Assembly (NCBI GenBank): GCA_944387225.1
Contig: CALXDY010000102.1
Coordinates: 778 to 64,777 of the forward strand
Direction of reading: 5' to 3'
DNA length: 64,000 nt
From: an uncultured Oscillospiraceae bacterium
GTDB lineage: Bacteria; Bacillota; Clostridia; Oscillospirales; Oscillospiraceae
Below the pieces are notes generated by a model. That model worked only from the letters and a program-made list of their open reading frames with translations. It was not told the origin of the DNA and made no database searches. Positions within the stretch are counted from its first letter, which is position 1. Every line of letters starts with the position of its first letter. Both the position numbers and the translations under genes were made by a program. This document shows, in pieces, positions 50,614-58,765 of the stretch.

Positions 50614-50614
50614 T

Positions 50615-51853
50615 TCAAATTCCCAGCCGGAAAATTTCAACCGGCTCTCCTTTTCGGAGTCCTTCCTTGTTGCGATCCAACACAAGATATCCGTCCGCGT
50701 TCACCAACGTCCCCATCAGGCCGGACTTGCCCAAAACGGGAATGGCAGTCTGCCGCCCGTCCTCATCCTTCTGGATTTTCACCCACACAAAGGTGGTCTT
50801 GCCCGGAGCGCCGGGGATATTCAGCGCCATCTCCGCCTGCAGCGGCTTTTGCTCCCGCTGGCCTGTCAGCCGCTTCCACAGCCAGACGCCCAGCGCCTGA
50901 AAGATCATCAGCGCAGCCACCGGGTGGCCGGGCAGGCCGATCATCACCGTCTGGGAGGCGCCGTCAAAGGCCAGGATGGTGGGTTTGCCCGGCTTAACAC
51001 TCAGTCCGTGGGTCATAACCCCCCGGTCACACACCCGATCCATCAGCCGACAGGTATAATCTGCCTTCCCCTGGCTGCTGCCTCCCGACGTGAGCACCAA
51101 ATCCGCCTGTTCCTTCGCCTGGGTCAGCACCTGTTCCAGCAGTTCCTCCCGGTCAGGCAGAGTCTTGCGCAGGATGAGCTGGAATCCGCAGGCCTCGGCC
51201 AGAGCCGACAGGGCCCAGGTATTCACATCCCGCACCTGAGCCGGGCCGGCGGGCTGGGCAGGGTGCACCAGCTCGTCACCTGTGGACAGAATCGCCACTC
51301 GCCAGGGACGGAACACCTTCACTTCCCAGATTCCGGCGGCGGCCAGTGCCCCCACATGGGCTGGATTGAGCACGGTCCCTCTGGGGATCAGCACCGCCCC
51401 CTTCCGCACCTCTTCCCCAGGCACCACCACACTGGCGCCCTGGGCCACAGACTGGTACACCGCCACCTCGTCACCGTGGAAGTTTTCCGTGTATTCCACC
51501 ATTACCATGGCGTCCGCTCCCTTGGGAAGCATCCCCCCCGTAGGTACATAGGCGCAAGTACCGGAGCAGACCGTTGCCCGAGCCGGCCGGCCCATCACCA
51601 CCTCTTCCACCACCGTAAGGAAGGTGGGGATGCTCTCGCTGGCTCCCTGGGTGTCGGCAGCCACCACCGCGTATCCGTCCACTGTGGAGCGGTAAAAGTT
51701 GGGCACGTCGTCGGGCGCCAGCACATCCTCCGCCGTCACCCGGCCAAGGGCCTCCTCCAGAGAGACCACGGTGGTAGGCATGGGCCTGCCCTGCCAGCAG
51801 GCCAAGAGCTTTTCCCTGGCCTGCTCCAGGGTGTCAACTGTAAGCAGATTCAC
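50615..51853 (-). CDS. moeA: Molybdopterin molybdo/tungstotransferase MoeA
   Basis: RSTVDGYAV, TGG.LP.GADA.VMVE, STGDEL, SGGSS.G..D, KPGKPT, LPGHP. Confidence 0.93.
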   Translation of the reverse strand: MNLLTVDTLEQAREKLLACWQGRPMPTTVVSLEEALGRVTAEDVLAPDDVPNFYRSTVDGYAVVAADTQGASESIPTFLTVVEEVVMGRPARATVCSGTCAYVPTGGMLPKGADAMVMVEYTENFHGDEVAVYQSVAQGASVVVPGEEVRKGAVLIPRGTVLNPAHVGALAAAGIWEVKVFRPWRVAILSTGDELVHPAQPAGPAQVRDVNTWALSALAEACGFQLILRKTLPDREELLEQVLTQAKEQADLVLTSGGSSQGKADYTCRLMDRVCDRGVMTHGLSVKPGKPTILAFDGASQTVMIGLPGHPVAALMIFQALGVWLWKRLTGQREQKPLQAEMALNIPGAPGKTTFVWVKIQKDEDGRQTAIPVLGKSGLMGTLVNADGYLVLDRNKEGLRKGEPVEIFRLGI

Positions 51854-51859
51854 AACATC

Positions 51860-52549
51860 TCATCCTTTGAACGATACTTCTGTGTTTGCCAGATACTGGA
51901 TCACGCTGGGGTTGGTAGGGTGCTTGAGCACCTGCTCAGGCGTCCCACTTTGCACCAGCCGCCCCTGCTCCATAAAGTGCACCTCATCACACAGCTTGCT
52001 GATATGCACCAGCTGATGGCTGATGGTGATCCAGGTGATGGGGTTTTCCCGCTGCTGCTGCTCCATGATGGATTCAAACAGCCGCACCCCGTCGGGGGCA
52101 AGGTTGGAAAGGGTCTCGTCCACAATGACCAGCTTGGGGCCGAAGATCAGCGCCCGGGCAAAGGACAGCCGCTGCTGTTCACCGCTGCTGAGGGAGAGGG
52201 CATACTGCTTCCGCTTGTGCTGCAGCCCTGCCTTCTCCAGCCACTGATCCACCAGCTCTGCCCTGGGCTCAATCCCCCGGATTTTCAGGGGATAGATCAG
52301 GTTCTGATACACGCTGGAATGAAGCAGGTAGGGCTTCTGTCCGGTCATGGTGATGTCCCGGGGAGTCAAGCCCTCATAGTCAATGCAGCCGCTGTCGGCA
52401 GGAATAATACCCATGATCAGCTTGGCCAGGGTGGACTTTCCGCTTCCGTTGCTGCCTATCATACCATGGATTTTTCCCGGTTCAAAGTAGGCATTGTCAA
52501 TTTTCAGCAGAAAATCCCCCTGCCGCCGGGTCAGATCAGTAATTCTCAT
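51860..52549 (-). CDS. tupC: Tungstate ABC transporter ATPase
   Basis: GSNGSGKST, LSSGEQQR, IVDE, SH; in operon with tupAB. Confidence 0.82.
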   Translation of the reverse strand: MRITDLTRRQGDFLLKIDNAYFEPGKIHGMIGSNGSGKSTLAKLIMGIIPADSGCIDYEGLTPRDITMTGQKPYLLHSSVYQNLIYPLKIRGIEPRAELVDQWLEKAGLQHKRKQYALSLSSGEQQRLSFARALIFGPKLVIVDETLSNLAPDGVRLFESIMEQQQRENPITWITISHQLVHISKLCDEVHFMEQGRLVQSGTPEQVLKHPTNPSVIQYLANTEVSFKG

Positions 52550-53222
52550 CCTCTCTCACCTCTTTCCGGAACCAGTCGGCCAACGTCTGAACCACAAAGG
52601 CCATGAGCATCAGGATAATGCCCAAAAAGACTCCTTCATAGTAGTCTCCTGCCCCCTTCAGCGTGGAGATGGCGGTGGTCATGGTACGGGTGACATTTTT
52701 GATGTTGCCGCCCACCAGAAACACGGCGCCCACCTCGCTGATGCTGCGGCCATAACCGGAGACCACGGAGAAATAAACCTCATTCCGGATCTCCCGGAGA
52801 ATCAGCAGGTTGGTCTGCATCCGGTTGGCTCCCATGGTATGGGCAAAAGCCCGGATCCTGGGAGCCTCCCGCACCAGATAGGAGTATACCATGCCGCAGA
52901 TAATGGGGGTAATAATCAACGTCTGGGCTGTCACCATACCCTGAATAGTAAACACCCACCCCAAAAAGCCCAGTGGGCCCCGCTTTCTCAGAAGCATATA
53001 GGTCAATAGGCCCATTACCACCGGGGGAGCCCCCATCATCGTGCGGTTGATCCGTACCACCAGCCGTTTCATGGGAAACGTGCTCCGCTCCAGCAAAATG
53101 GCAAGGGTAACGCCCAGTATGGAGGAGATCAGGGTGGAAAAAAAGGACATGATAATGGTCACCCGGATGGAATCCAGCATTCCGATGGTGCCGAAAAATT
53201 CGGAGAAAAACGGTTCGTTCAT
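52536..53222 (-). CDS. tupB: Tungstate ABC transporter permease
   Basis: PPVVMGL, GPLG, GR.ISEVGA...VGGNI...TRTMTTAI. Confidence 0.88.
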   Translation of the reverse strand: MNEPFFSEFFGTIGMLDSIRVTIIMSFFSTLISSILGVTLAILLERSTFPMKRLVVRINRTMMGAPPVVMGLLTYMLLRKRGPLGFLGWVFTIQGMVTAQTLIITPIICGMVYSYLVREAPRIRAFAHTMGANRMQTNLLILREIRNEVYFSVVSGYGRSISEVGAVFLVGGNIKNVTRTMTTAISTLKGAGDYYEGVFLGIILMLMAFVVQTLADWFRKEVREDENY

Positions 53223-53301
53223 GGAATCACCCTATCTGTTCATGATTGGTCTGTTGGTTTATTGAGAAGAAGAAACAGGCCGCGCCGGACAGTATAAAAG
53301 C

Positions 53302-53335
53302 GGCCTACCGGAGGGCGCGCTCCCTCCGGTAGGCC
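53302..53335 (-). other. Strong intercistronic hairpin after tupA (mRNA stabiliser or partial terminator)
   Basis: GGCCTACCGGAGGG-CGCGCT-CCCTCCGGTAGGCC. Confidence 0.6.
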
Positions 53336-53351
53336 TGGGAATGAGGCGAAG

Positions 53352-54245
53352 TTACTTCGCGTTGGGGAAGAACAGGGGCTCACCGTACTCTTCCACACCG
53401 TACTGGCCGATGACCTCCTGGATCTCGTCAGAGGTGATCCACTCGATGAAGGCATTGGCGCCGTCGATGTTGGTGTCGGGGTACTTCTCAGGGTTGACAG
53501 CGATCACGCCATACTGGTTCAGCAGGTTGTCGTCGCCCTCACAGACAATGGACATCTGGGGGAAGTCAGCCTTCTTGGCCAGCCAGGTACCCCGGTCGGT
53601 GAGACAATAGCCGCCCATCTCGTCAGCCATCACCAGCGTATCGGCCATACCGGCACCGGCGGAGACGTAGTTGGGATTGGACTCATAATCCTCCACACCG
53701 ATGGCGGACCAAACGCCCAGCTCCTTGGTGTGGGTTCCGGAGTTGTCGCCCCGGGAGACGAAGGTCAGCTCGTCATTTCTAATCTGGGAGAAGGCGGCAT
53801 TGACGTCCTCGGTATAGGCCACAGGACCGTCGGTGGGGCCAACGATGACAAAGTCGTTGTACATAACCTCCACGCGCTCCACGCCGTAGCCGTCGTTGAC
53901 GAAGGCCTCCTCCTTGGCCTTGGCGTGAACCAGCAGCACGCTGACCTCGCCGTCCATACCCTTCTGGATGGCGTCGCCGGTGCCCACTGCGGTCCACTGC
54001 AGCTCATAGCCAGTGTCTTCCTTGAACATGGGGGCCAGATAATCCAGCAGGCCGGTATCATCGGTGCTGGTGGTGGTGGCCATCAGCAGGATGGGATCCT
54101 CAGGGGTCTTGACTTCATTCTGCGAGCTGGAGCCGGACGCAGAGGACTGCTGGGACTGGGAGCCGGAAGTGGTGTCCCCGCCGCAGGCAACCAGAGACAG
54201 GGCCATAAGCGCAGCAAGAGACGCGGTAAGCAGCTTGTTCATCAT
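53352..54245 (-). CDS. tupA: Tungstate-binding lipoprotein
   Basis: Lipobox LVAC; ATTTST.DTGLL tungstate motif, VGTG.A, MYNDFVIVGP, FVSRGDNSGTH.KE, LTDRGT, NQY. Confidence 0.93.
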   Translation of the reverse strand: MMNKLLTASLAALMALSLVACGGDTTSGSQSQQSSASGSSSQNEVKTPEDPILLMATTTSTDDTGLLDYLAPMFKEDTGYELQWTAVGTGDAIQKGMDGEVSVLLVHAKAKEEAFVNDGYGVERVEVMYNDFVIVGPTDGPVAYTEDVNAAFSQIRNDELTFVSRGDNSGTHTKELGVWSAIGVEDYESNPNYVSAGAGMADTLVMADEMGGYCLTDRGTWLAKKADFPQMSIVCEGDDNLLNQYGVIAVNPEKYPDTNIDGANAFIEWITSDEIQEVIGQYGVEEYGEPLFFPNAK

Positions 54246-54368
54246 TTCTTTCCTCCTACACAAATCTTTCTGTCAGGTGCCCGCGGGCACCCCATTGTGG
54301 TCTTGGAAAGACGGCGACAAGCACACCATATCCGCATCTCTTGGTAAAACGGCTATATAGTTCACTGT

Positions 54369-54524
54369 GTGCGTTTCTTTCCAAACGGGAGGCACGTCCG
54401 TTTCCAGACATACCCTCTGTGCCAGCCGCAAAATCCAGCCAGCACACCGGGGCAAACGCCATACGCAATCGCCGATCTTGCAAAATACCGGTTTTTGCGG
54501 TTAGATGTTCGCCCTCGAAACCAC
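54369..54524 (-). ncRNA. Moco/Tuco RNA motif (molybdenum/tungsten cofactor riboswitch)
   Basis: Minus strand: GUGGUUUCGAG-P2(GGGCGAACAUCUAA...UAUGGCGUUUGCCC)-P3(GUGCUGGCUG/CGGCUGGCAC)-AGAGG-P4(GUAUGUCUG-GAAA-CGGACGUGC)-CUCCCGUUUGGAAAG-AAACGCAC; lies in the tupA leader. Confidence 0.88.
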
Positions 54525-54551
54525 ATTCTCCCTGCTTGGGAGCTTATTGAG

Positions 54552-54580
54552 ATTGTACCACCCATAGACCCCCCTGTCAA
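54552..54580 (-). promoter_or_regulatory. sigma-A promoter of the tup-moeA operon
   Basis: Minus strand TTGACA-17bp-TACAAT. Confidence 0.75.
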
Positions 54581-54636
54581 TATAGATTGAAACCCCTCTT
54601 CATTTTTGTGCAACTTGCCGTTTTTCATTTTATGAA

Positions 54637-54710
54637 TTGCATTTCCTTCATGGTTGTAGTAGAATGATATCAGAAAAGACTAGAACGCAGTCTAGGCCAC
54701 GGTCTAGTTT
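54637..54710 (+). promoter_or_regulatory. Promoter of the hypD operon with a triple CTAG operator
   Basis: TTGCAT-17bp-TAGAAT; CTAG at 54680, 54692, 54704 (12-bp period). Confidence 0.65.
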
Positions 54711-54744
54711 CAAAAACGTTCTGAAAGAAACGAGGTGCCCCACG

Positions 54745-55662
54745 GTGGAGACGCCACTGGTATTCAACATTCAAAAGTACTCCATTCATGATGGAGACGG
54801 CATCCGCACCAGTATCTTTTTTAAAGGATGTCCTCTGGACTGCGCCTGGTGCCACAACCCGGAGAGCCAGCGTTATTACCACGAGCTGATGTTCTTTGAC
54901 AGCCGATGCACCGGCTGCGGCGCCTGTGTTGCCCGGTGTCCTCAGAAGGCTGTTTCCATTGTGGACGGCAAGGCGGTAACCGACCGTAATCTGTGCAACG
55001 CCTGCGGCGTGTGTACAGACTGGTGCTACAACAGCGCCCGGGAAGTGGCCGGCAAGACCTACACGGTGGAGCAGCTGGTCAAGGAGGCCGAGAAAGACCG
55101 GATGTTCTATGAAAACTCCGGCGGCGGTATCACTCTCTCCGGCGGCGAAGTCATGGATCAGAACATGGATTACATCGAGCAGCTGTGCAAGACCCTGTAC
55201 GACAAGGGCTACAGCGTGGACATTGACACCTGCGGATATGCTCCTTACGAGAACTTCCAGCGGATCCTCCCCTACGTGGACACCTTCCTGTACGACATCA
55301 AGGCCATGGATCCCAAGATCCACAAGGAGTTCATCGGAACCGACAATCAGTTGATTCTGGAAAATCTGATCAAACTCAGCCGGGACGGCGCGAAAATCAA
55401 TATCCGCATTCCCGTTGTTATGGGCGTCAATGCTGACGACGCCTTTATGCAGGATGTGATCTCCTTCCTGAAGGAGAACAGCATCAGCGTGACTCAGGTG
55501 AATTTGCTGCCATATCACAACACCGGCATGCATAAGTATAGAAAGTTGGATCGTGCCTATCTCAAGGAAGAAGAGATGGGCGTCCCGTCCGGTGAGCTGA
55601 TGGAGCATTTTCAGGCACTATTCGTAGAGAACGGGTATTCGAACACAAACATAGGAGGGTAA
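54745..55662 (+). CDS. Glycyl-radical enzyme activase (HypD activating enzyme)
   Basis: HDGDGIRT..F.KGCPLDCAWCHNPE radical SAM motif, ferredoxin insert CTGCGACVARCP / CNACGVC, SGGE, LLPYH; GTG start. Confidence 0.93.
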   Translation: METPLVFNIQKYSIHDGDGIRTSIFFKGCPLDCAWCHNPESQRYYHELMFFDSRCTGCGACVARCPQKAVSIVDGKAVTDRNLCNACGVCTDWCYNSAREVAGKTYTVEQLVKEAEKDRMFYENSGGGITLSGGEVMDQNMDYIEQLCKTLYDKGYSVDIDTCGYAPYENFQRILPYVDTFLYDIKAMDPKIHKEFIGTDNQLILENLIKLSRDGAKINIRIPVVMGVNADDAFMQDVISFLKENSISVTQVNLLPYHNTGMHKYRKLDRAYLKEEEMGVPSGELMEHFQALFVENGYSNTNIGG

Positions 55663-55667
55663 AAGTT

Positions 55668-58061
55668 ATGGCACAGGTATTTGATCCCGTCAAAGAGCGC
55701 GGCATGAACGACCGCGTCAAGCGGCTGAGAAAGGAAAGCATGACCACTCAGCCCCACATCTACATGGAGCGCGCCATTCTGGAGACCGAGGCCTATAAGA
55801 TGTACGAGGGCAGCGTGTCCGTCCCCGAGCTGCGTGCCCTGGTTCTGAAGCACTTCTTCACCAACAAGACCATCTCCATCGGCCCCGACGAGCTGATCGT
55901 CGGTGAGAAGGGTGACGGCCCCCAGTCCGCCCCCACCTTCCCCGAGCTGTGCTGCCACACTCTGCAGGACATGCACAACATGAACGACCGTAAGATCGTC
56001 AACTTCTCCGTCACCGAGCAGGATCTGAAGACTCAGGAAGAGCTGATCATCCCCTTCTGGGAGAAGCGCTCCATGCGTAAGAAGATTCTGGACAGCATGA
56101 CCGATGAGTGGAAGGAAGCCTATGCCGCCGGTATCTTCACCGAGTTCATGGAGCAGCGCGGCCCCGGCCACACCGTTGGTTCCAGCAAGGCCTATGAGAA
56201 GGGCTATCTGGACTACAAGGCCGACATTCAGGAGTCCCTGGCCAAGCTGGACTACATGAACGATCCCGAGGCCATTGACAAGCGCAACCAGCTCAACGCT
56301 ATGAGCATCTGCTGCGACGCCATCATGATCCTGGGCGAGCGCTACGCCAAGCTGGCCCGTGAGATGGCCGCCAAGGAGACCGACGAGAAGCGTAAGGCCG
56401 AGCTGCTGCAGATCGCCGCCAACTGCGACGTGGTGCCCGCTCACAAGCCCCAGACCTTCTATCAGGCTGTTCAGTCCTACTGGTTCACCCACCTGGCTGT
56501 TACCACCGAGCTGAACCCCTGGGACGCTTATTCTCCCGGTCACTTCGACCAGCACCTGGGTCCCTTCTATGAGAGAGACACCAAGGCCGGTATCCTCACC
56601 CGCGATCAGGCTCAGGAGATCCTGGAGTGCCTGTGGGTAAAGTTCAACAACCAGCCCGCTCCTCCCAAGGTGGGTATCACCCTGAAGGAGAGCTCCACCT
56701 ACACCGACTTCGCCAACATCAACACCGGCGGCGTGACCCCCGAGGGTGAAGACGGCGTCAACGAGGTGTCCTACATCATCCTGGACTGCATGGATGATAT
56801 GCGTCTGGTTCAGCCCAACTCCAACGTGCAGATCAGCCGCAAGAATCCCCAGAAGTTCCTGAAGCGCGCCTGCGAGATCGCCCGTCAGGGTTGGGGCCAG
56901 CCTTGCTTCTACAACACCGAGGCCATTATCCAGGAGCTGCTGAATGCCGGCAAGACCATTGAGGATGCCCGTCGCGGCGGCTGCTCTGGCTGCGTTGAGA
57001 CCGGCGCCTTCGGCAACGAGGCTTACATTCTCCAGGGTTACTTCAACCTGCCCAAGATCTTCGAGCTGACTCTGTTCAACGGCGTGGATCAGATGACCGG
57101 CAAGCAGCTGGGCCTGCAGACCGGCAACGCCGAGGACTTCGAGACCTTCGAGCAGCTGTGGGATGCCTTCGCCAAGCAGGTGAAGCACTTCGTGGACGTC
57201 AAGGTTCAGGGCTCCAATGTTATTGAGGGTCTGTTCGCCCGCTACATGCCCGTGCCCTTCCTGTCCATCCTGACCAACGACTGCATCGAGCGCGGCAAGG
57301 ACTACAACGCCGGCGGCGCCCGCTACAACGTCAACTACATCCAGGGCGTGGGCATCGGCACCATCACCGACAGCATTGCCGCTGTGAAGTACAATGTGTA
57401 CGACAACAAGAAGTTCACCATGAAGGAGCTGCTGGATGCCATGAAGGCCAACTTCGTGGGCTACGAGAACATCCTGAACCTGGTGAAGAACAAGACTCCT
57501 AAGTACGGCAATGACGACGACTACGCTGACGACCTGATGAAGAAGGTGTTCTACCTCTATCAGGAGGAGGTCACCGGCCGTCCCAACATGAAGGGCGGTA
57601 CCTATCGTGTCGACATGCTGCCCACCACCTGCCACGTCTACTTCGGCAGCGTGATGATCGCCTCCCCCAACGGACGTCTGGCCAACAAGCCTGTTTCCGA
57701 GGGTATCTCCCCCGAGAAGGGCGCCGACATCAACGGCCCCACCGCCGTCATCAAGTCCTGCGCCAAGATGGACCACCTGAAGACCGGCGGCACCCTGCTG
57801 AACCAGAAGTTCACTCCCGATGTGCTGGCTGGCGAGAGCGGCCTGGATCACCTGGCTGACTACATCCGCACCTACTTCAACATGGACGGACACCATGTCC
57901 AGTTCAACGTGGTCAACCGTGACCTGCTCATCGACGCTCAGAACAATCCCGAGGAGTATCGTGACCTGATTGTCCGCGTGGCCGGCTACAGCGACTACTT
58001 CCGTAACCTGGATCGTCCTCTGCAGGATGAGATCATCGAGAGAACCGAGCAGCACTTCTAA
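55668..58061 (+). CDS. hypD: trans-4-hydroxy-L-proline dehydratase (glycyl radical enzyme)
   Basis: Matches C. difficile HypD signature segments as I recall them: FTEFMEQR.PGHT, TELN.WD, NNQPAPPKVGITLKESSTYTDFAN, SGCVETG, GY.N, MLPTTCH, RVAGYS. Confidence 0.93.
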   Translation: MAQVFDPVKERGMNDRVKRLRKESMTTQPHIYMERAILETEAYKMYEGSVSVPELRALVLKHFFTNKTISIGPDELIVGEKGDGPQSAPTFPELCCHTLQDMHNMNDRKIVNFSVTEQDLKTQEELIIPFWEKRSMRKKILDSMTDEWKEAYAAGIFTEFMEQRGPGHTVGSSKAYEKGYLDYKADIQESLAKLDYMNDPEAIDKRNQLNAMSICCDAIMILGERYAKLAREMAAKETDEKRKAELLQIAANCDVVPAHKPQTFYQAVQSYWFTHLAVTTELNPWDAYSPGHFDQHLGPFYERDTKAGILTRDQAQEILECLWVKFNNQPAPPKVGITLKESSTYTDFANINTGGVTPEGEDGVNEVSYIILDCMDDMRLVQPNSNVQISRKNPQKFLKRACEIARQGWGQPCFYNTEAIIQELLNAGKTIEDARRGGCSGCVETGAFGNEAYILQGYFNLPKIFELTLFNGVDQMTGKQLGLQTGNAEDFETFEQLWDAFAKQVKHFVDVKVQGSNVIEGLFARYMPVPFLSILTNDCIERGKDYNAGGARYNVNYIQGVGIGTITDSIAAVKYNVYDNKKFTMKELLDAMKANFVGYENILNLVKNKTPKYGNDDDYADDLMKKVFYLYQEEVTGRPNMKGGTYRVDMLPTTCHVYFGSVMIASPNGRLANKPVSEGISPEKGADINGPTAVIKSCAKMDHLKTGGTLLNQKFTPDVLAGESGLDHLADYIRTYFNMDGHHVQFNVVNRDLLIDAQNNPEEYRDLIVRVAGYSDYFRNLDRPLQDEIIERTEQHF

Positions 58062-58133
58062 TCCGCGATACCGTCCGGCCTCGGAGCATTGTCTCCTCCC
58101 GGCACCGGGATCGTCCCTGTTTAGAACCTGACG

Positions 58134-58172
58134 ACAACGAGGCCAGTGAGGAATCACTGGCCTCGTTGTGTT
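58134..58172 (+). terminator. Terminator after hypD
   Basis: ACAACGAGGCCAGTGA-GGAA-TCACTGGCCTCGTTGT-GTT. Confidence 0.75.
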
Positions 58173-58205
58173 ACTGTACCTCAGTCTAATATTTTTTCAG
58201 TCAGG

Positions 58206-58234
58206 TTGACAATGGGAAACGGTGCTGATATACT
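58206..58234 (+). promoter_or_regulatory. sigma-A promoter of the AOR operon
   Basis: TTGACA-17bp-TATACT with extended -10 TG. Confidence 0.75.
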
Positions 58235-58365
58235 CTTCTTTAAGGTACAATGACGGATTGTCCGTCGTTGGCTCCATTGATCCGCGGCCTTCGGTTCCCT
58301 GACGCGCAGGGGGATCGGGGGAAAAAGAGAAATCCAAATGCTACAGGAATGAGGGGGAAGTAAGT

Positions 58366-58752
58366 TTGAAACGCTTAGTAAAAGATGAATCTCTGTGTAT
58401 CGGCTGCCGCTCCTGTGAGCGGGCCTGTTCCACCGCCTATTATAAGGTAGACGACCGGGACAAGTCCTGTATCAAGATCAACGAGAAGCCCGAGGGCGGC
58501 TTTGAGATCAAGGTCTGCACCCAGTGCGGAATCTGCTACCAGGTGTGCAACACCGGTGTGATCCAGCCCAACCCCAAGGGTGTGTACATGCTCAACAAGA
58601 AAGAGTGCGTAGGCTGCCTGATGTGCGTGGGCTACTGCCCTGAGCAGGTGATGGTGCAGGATGACAGCCGCTCCGAGCCCTCCAAGTGCACCGCCTGCGG
58701 ACTGTGCGTGAAGGCCTGCCCCACCGGCGCCATCAAGATCGAAGACTGCTGA
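58366..58752 (+). CDS. Multi-[4Fe-4S] ferredoxin-like subunit of AOR
   Basis: CIGCRSCERAC, CTQCGIC..VC, CVGCLMC..YCP, CTACGLC..ACP; TTG start after GAGGGGG. Confidence 0.9.
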   Translation: MKRLVKDESLCIGCRSCERACSTAYYKVDDRDKSCIKINEKPEGGFEIKVCTQCGICYQVCNTGVIQPNPKGVYMLNKKECVGCLMCVGYCPEQVMVQDDSRSEPSKCTACGLCVKACPTGAIKIEDC

Positions 58753-58765
58753 GGAGGGATTTATC

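Noticed and set aside
54637-54744. N-terminal extension of the activase given by the ORF track
   Set aside because: The region is promoter/operator DNA; the GAGGTG RBS supports GTG 54745.
55668-58061. Pyruvate formate-lyase, choline TMA-lyase or diol dehydratase
   Set aside because: No adjacent Cys-Cys of PFL and no microcompartment genes; the signature segments fit HypD.
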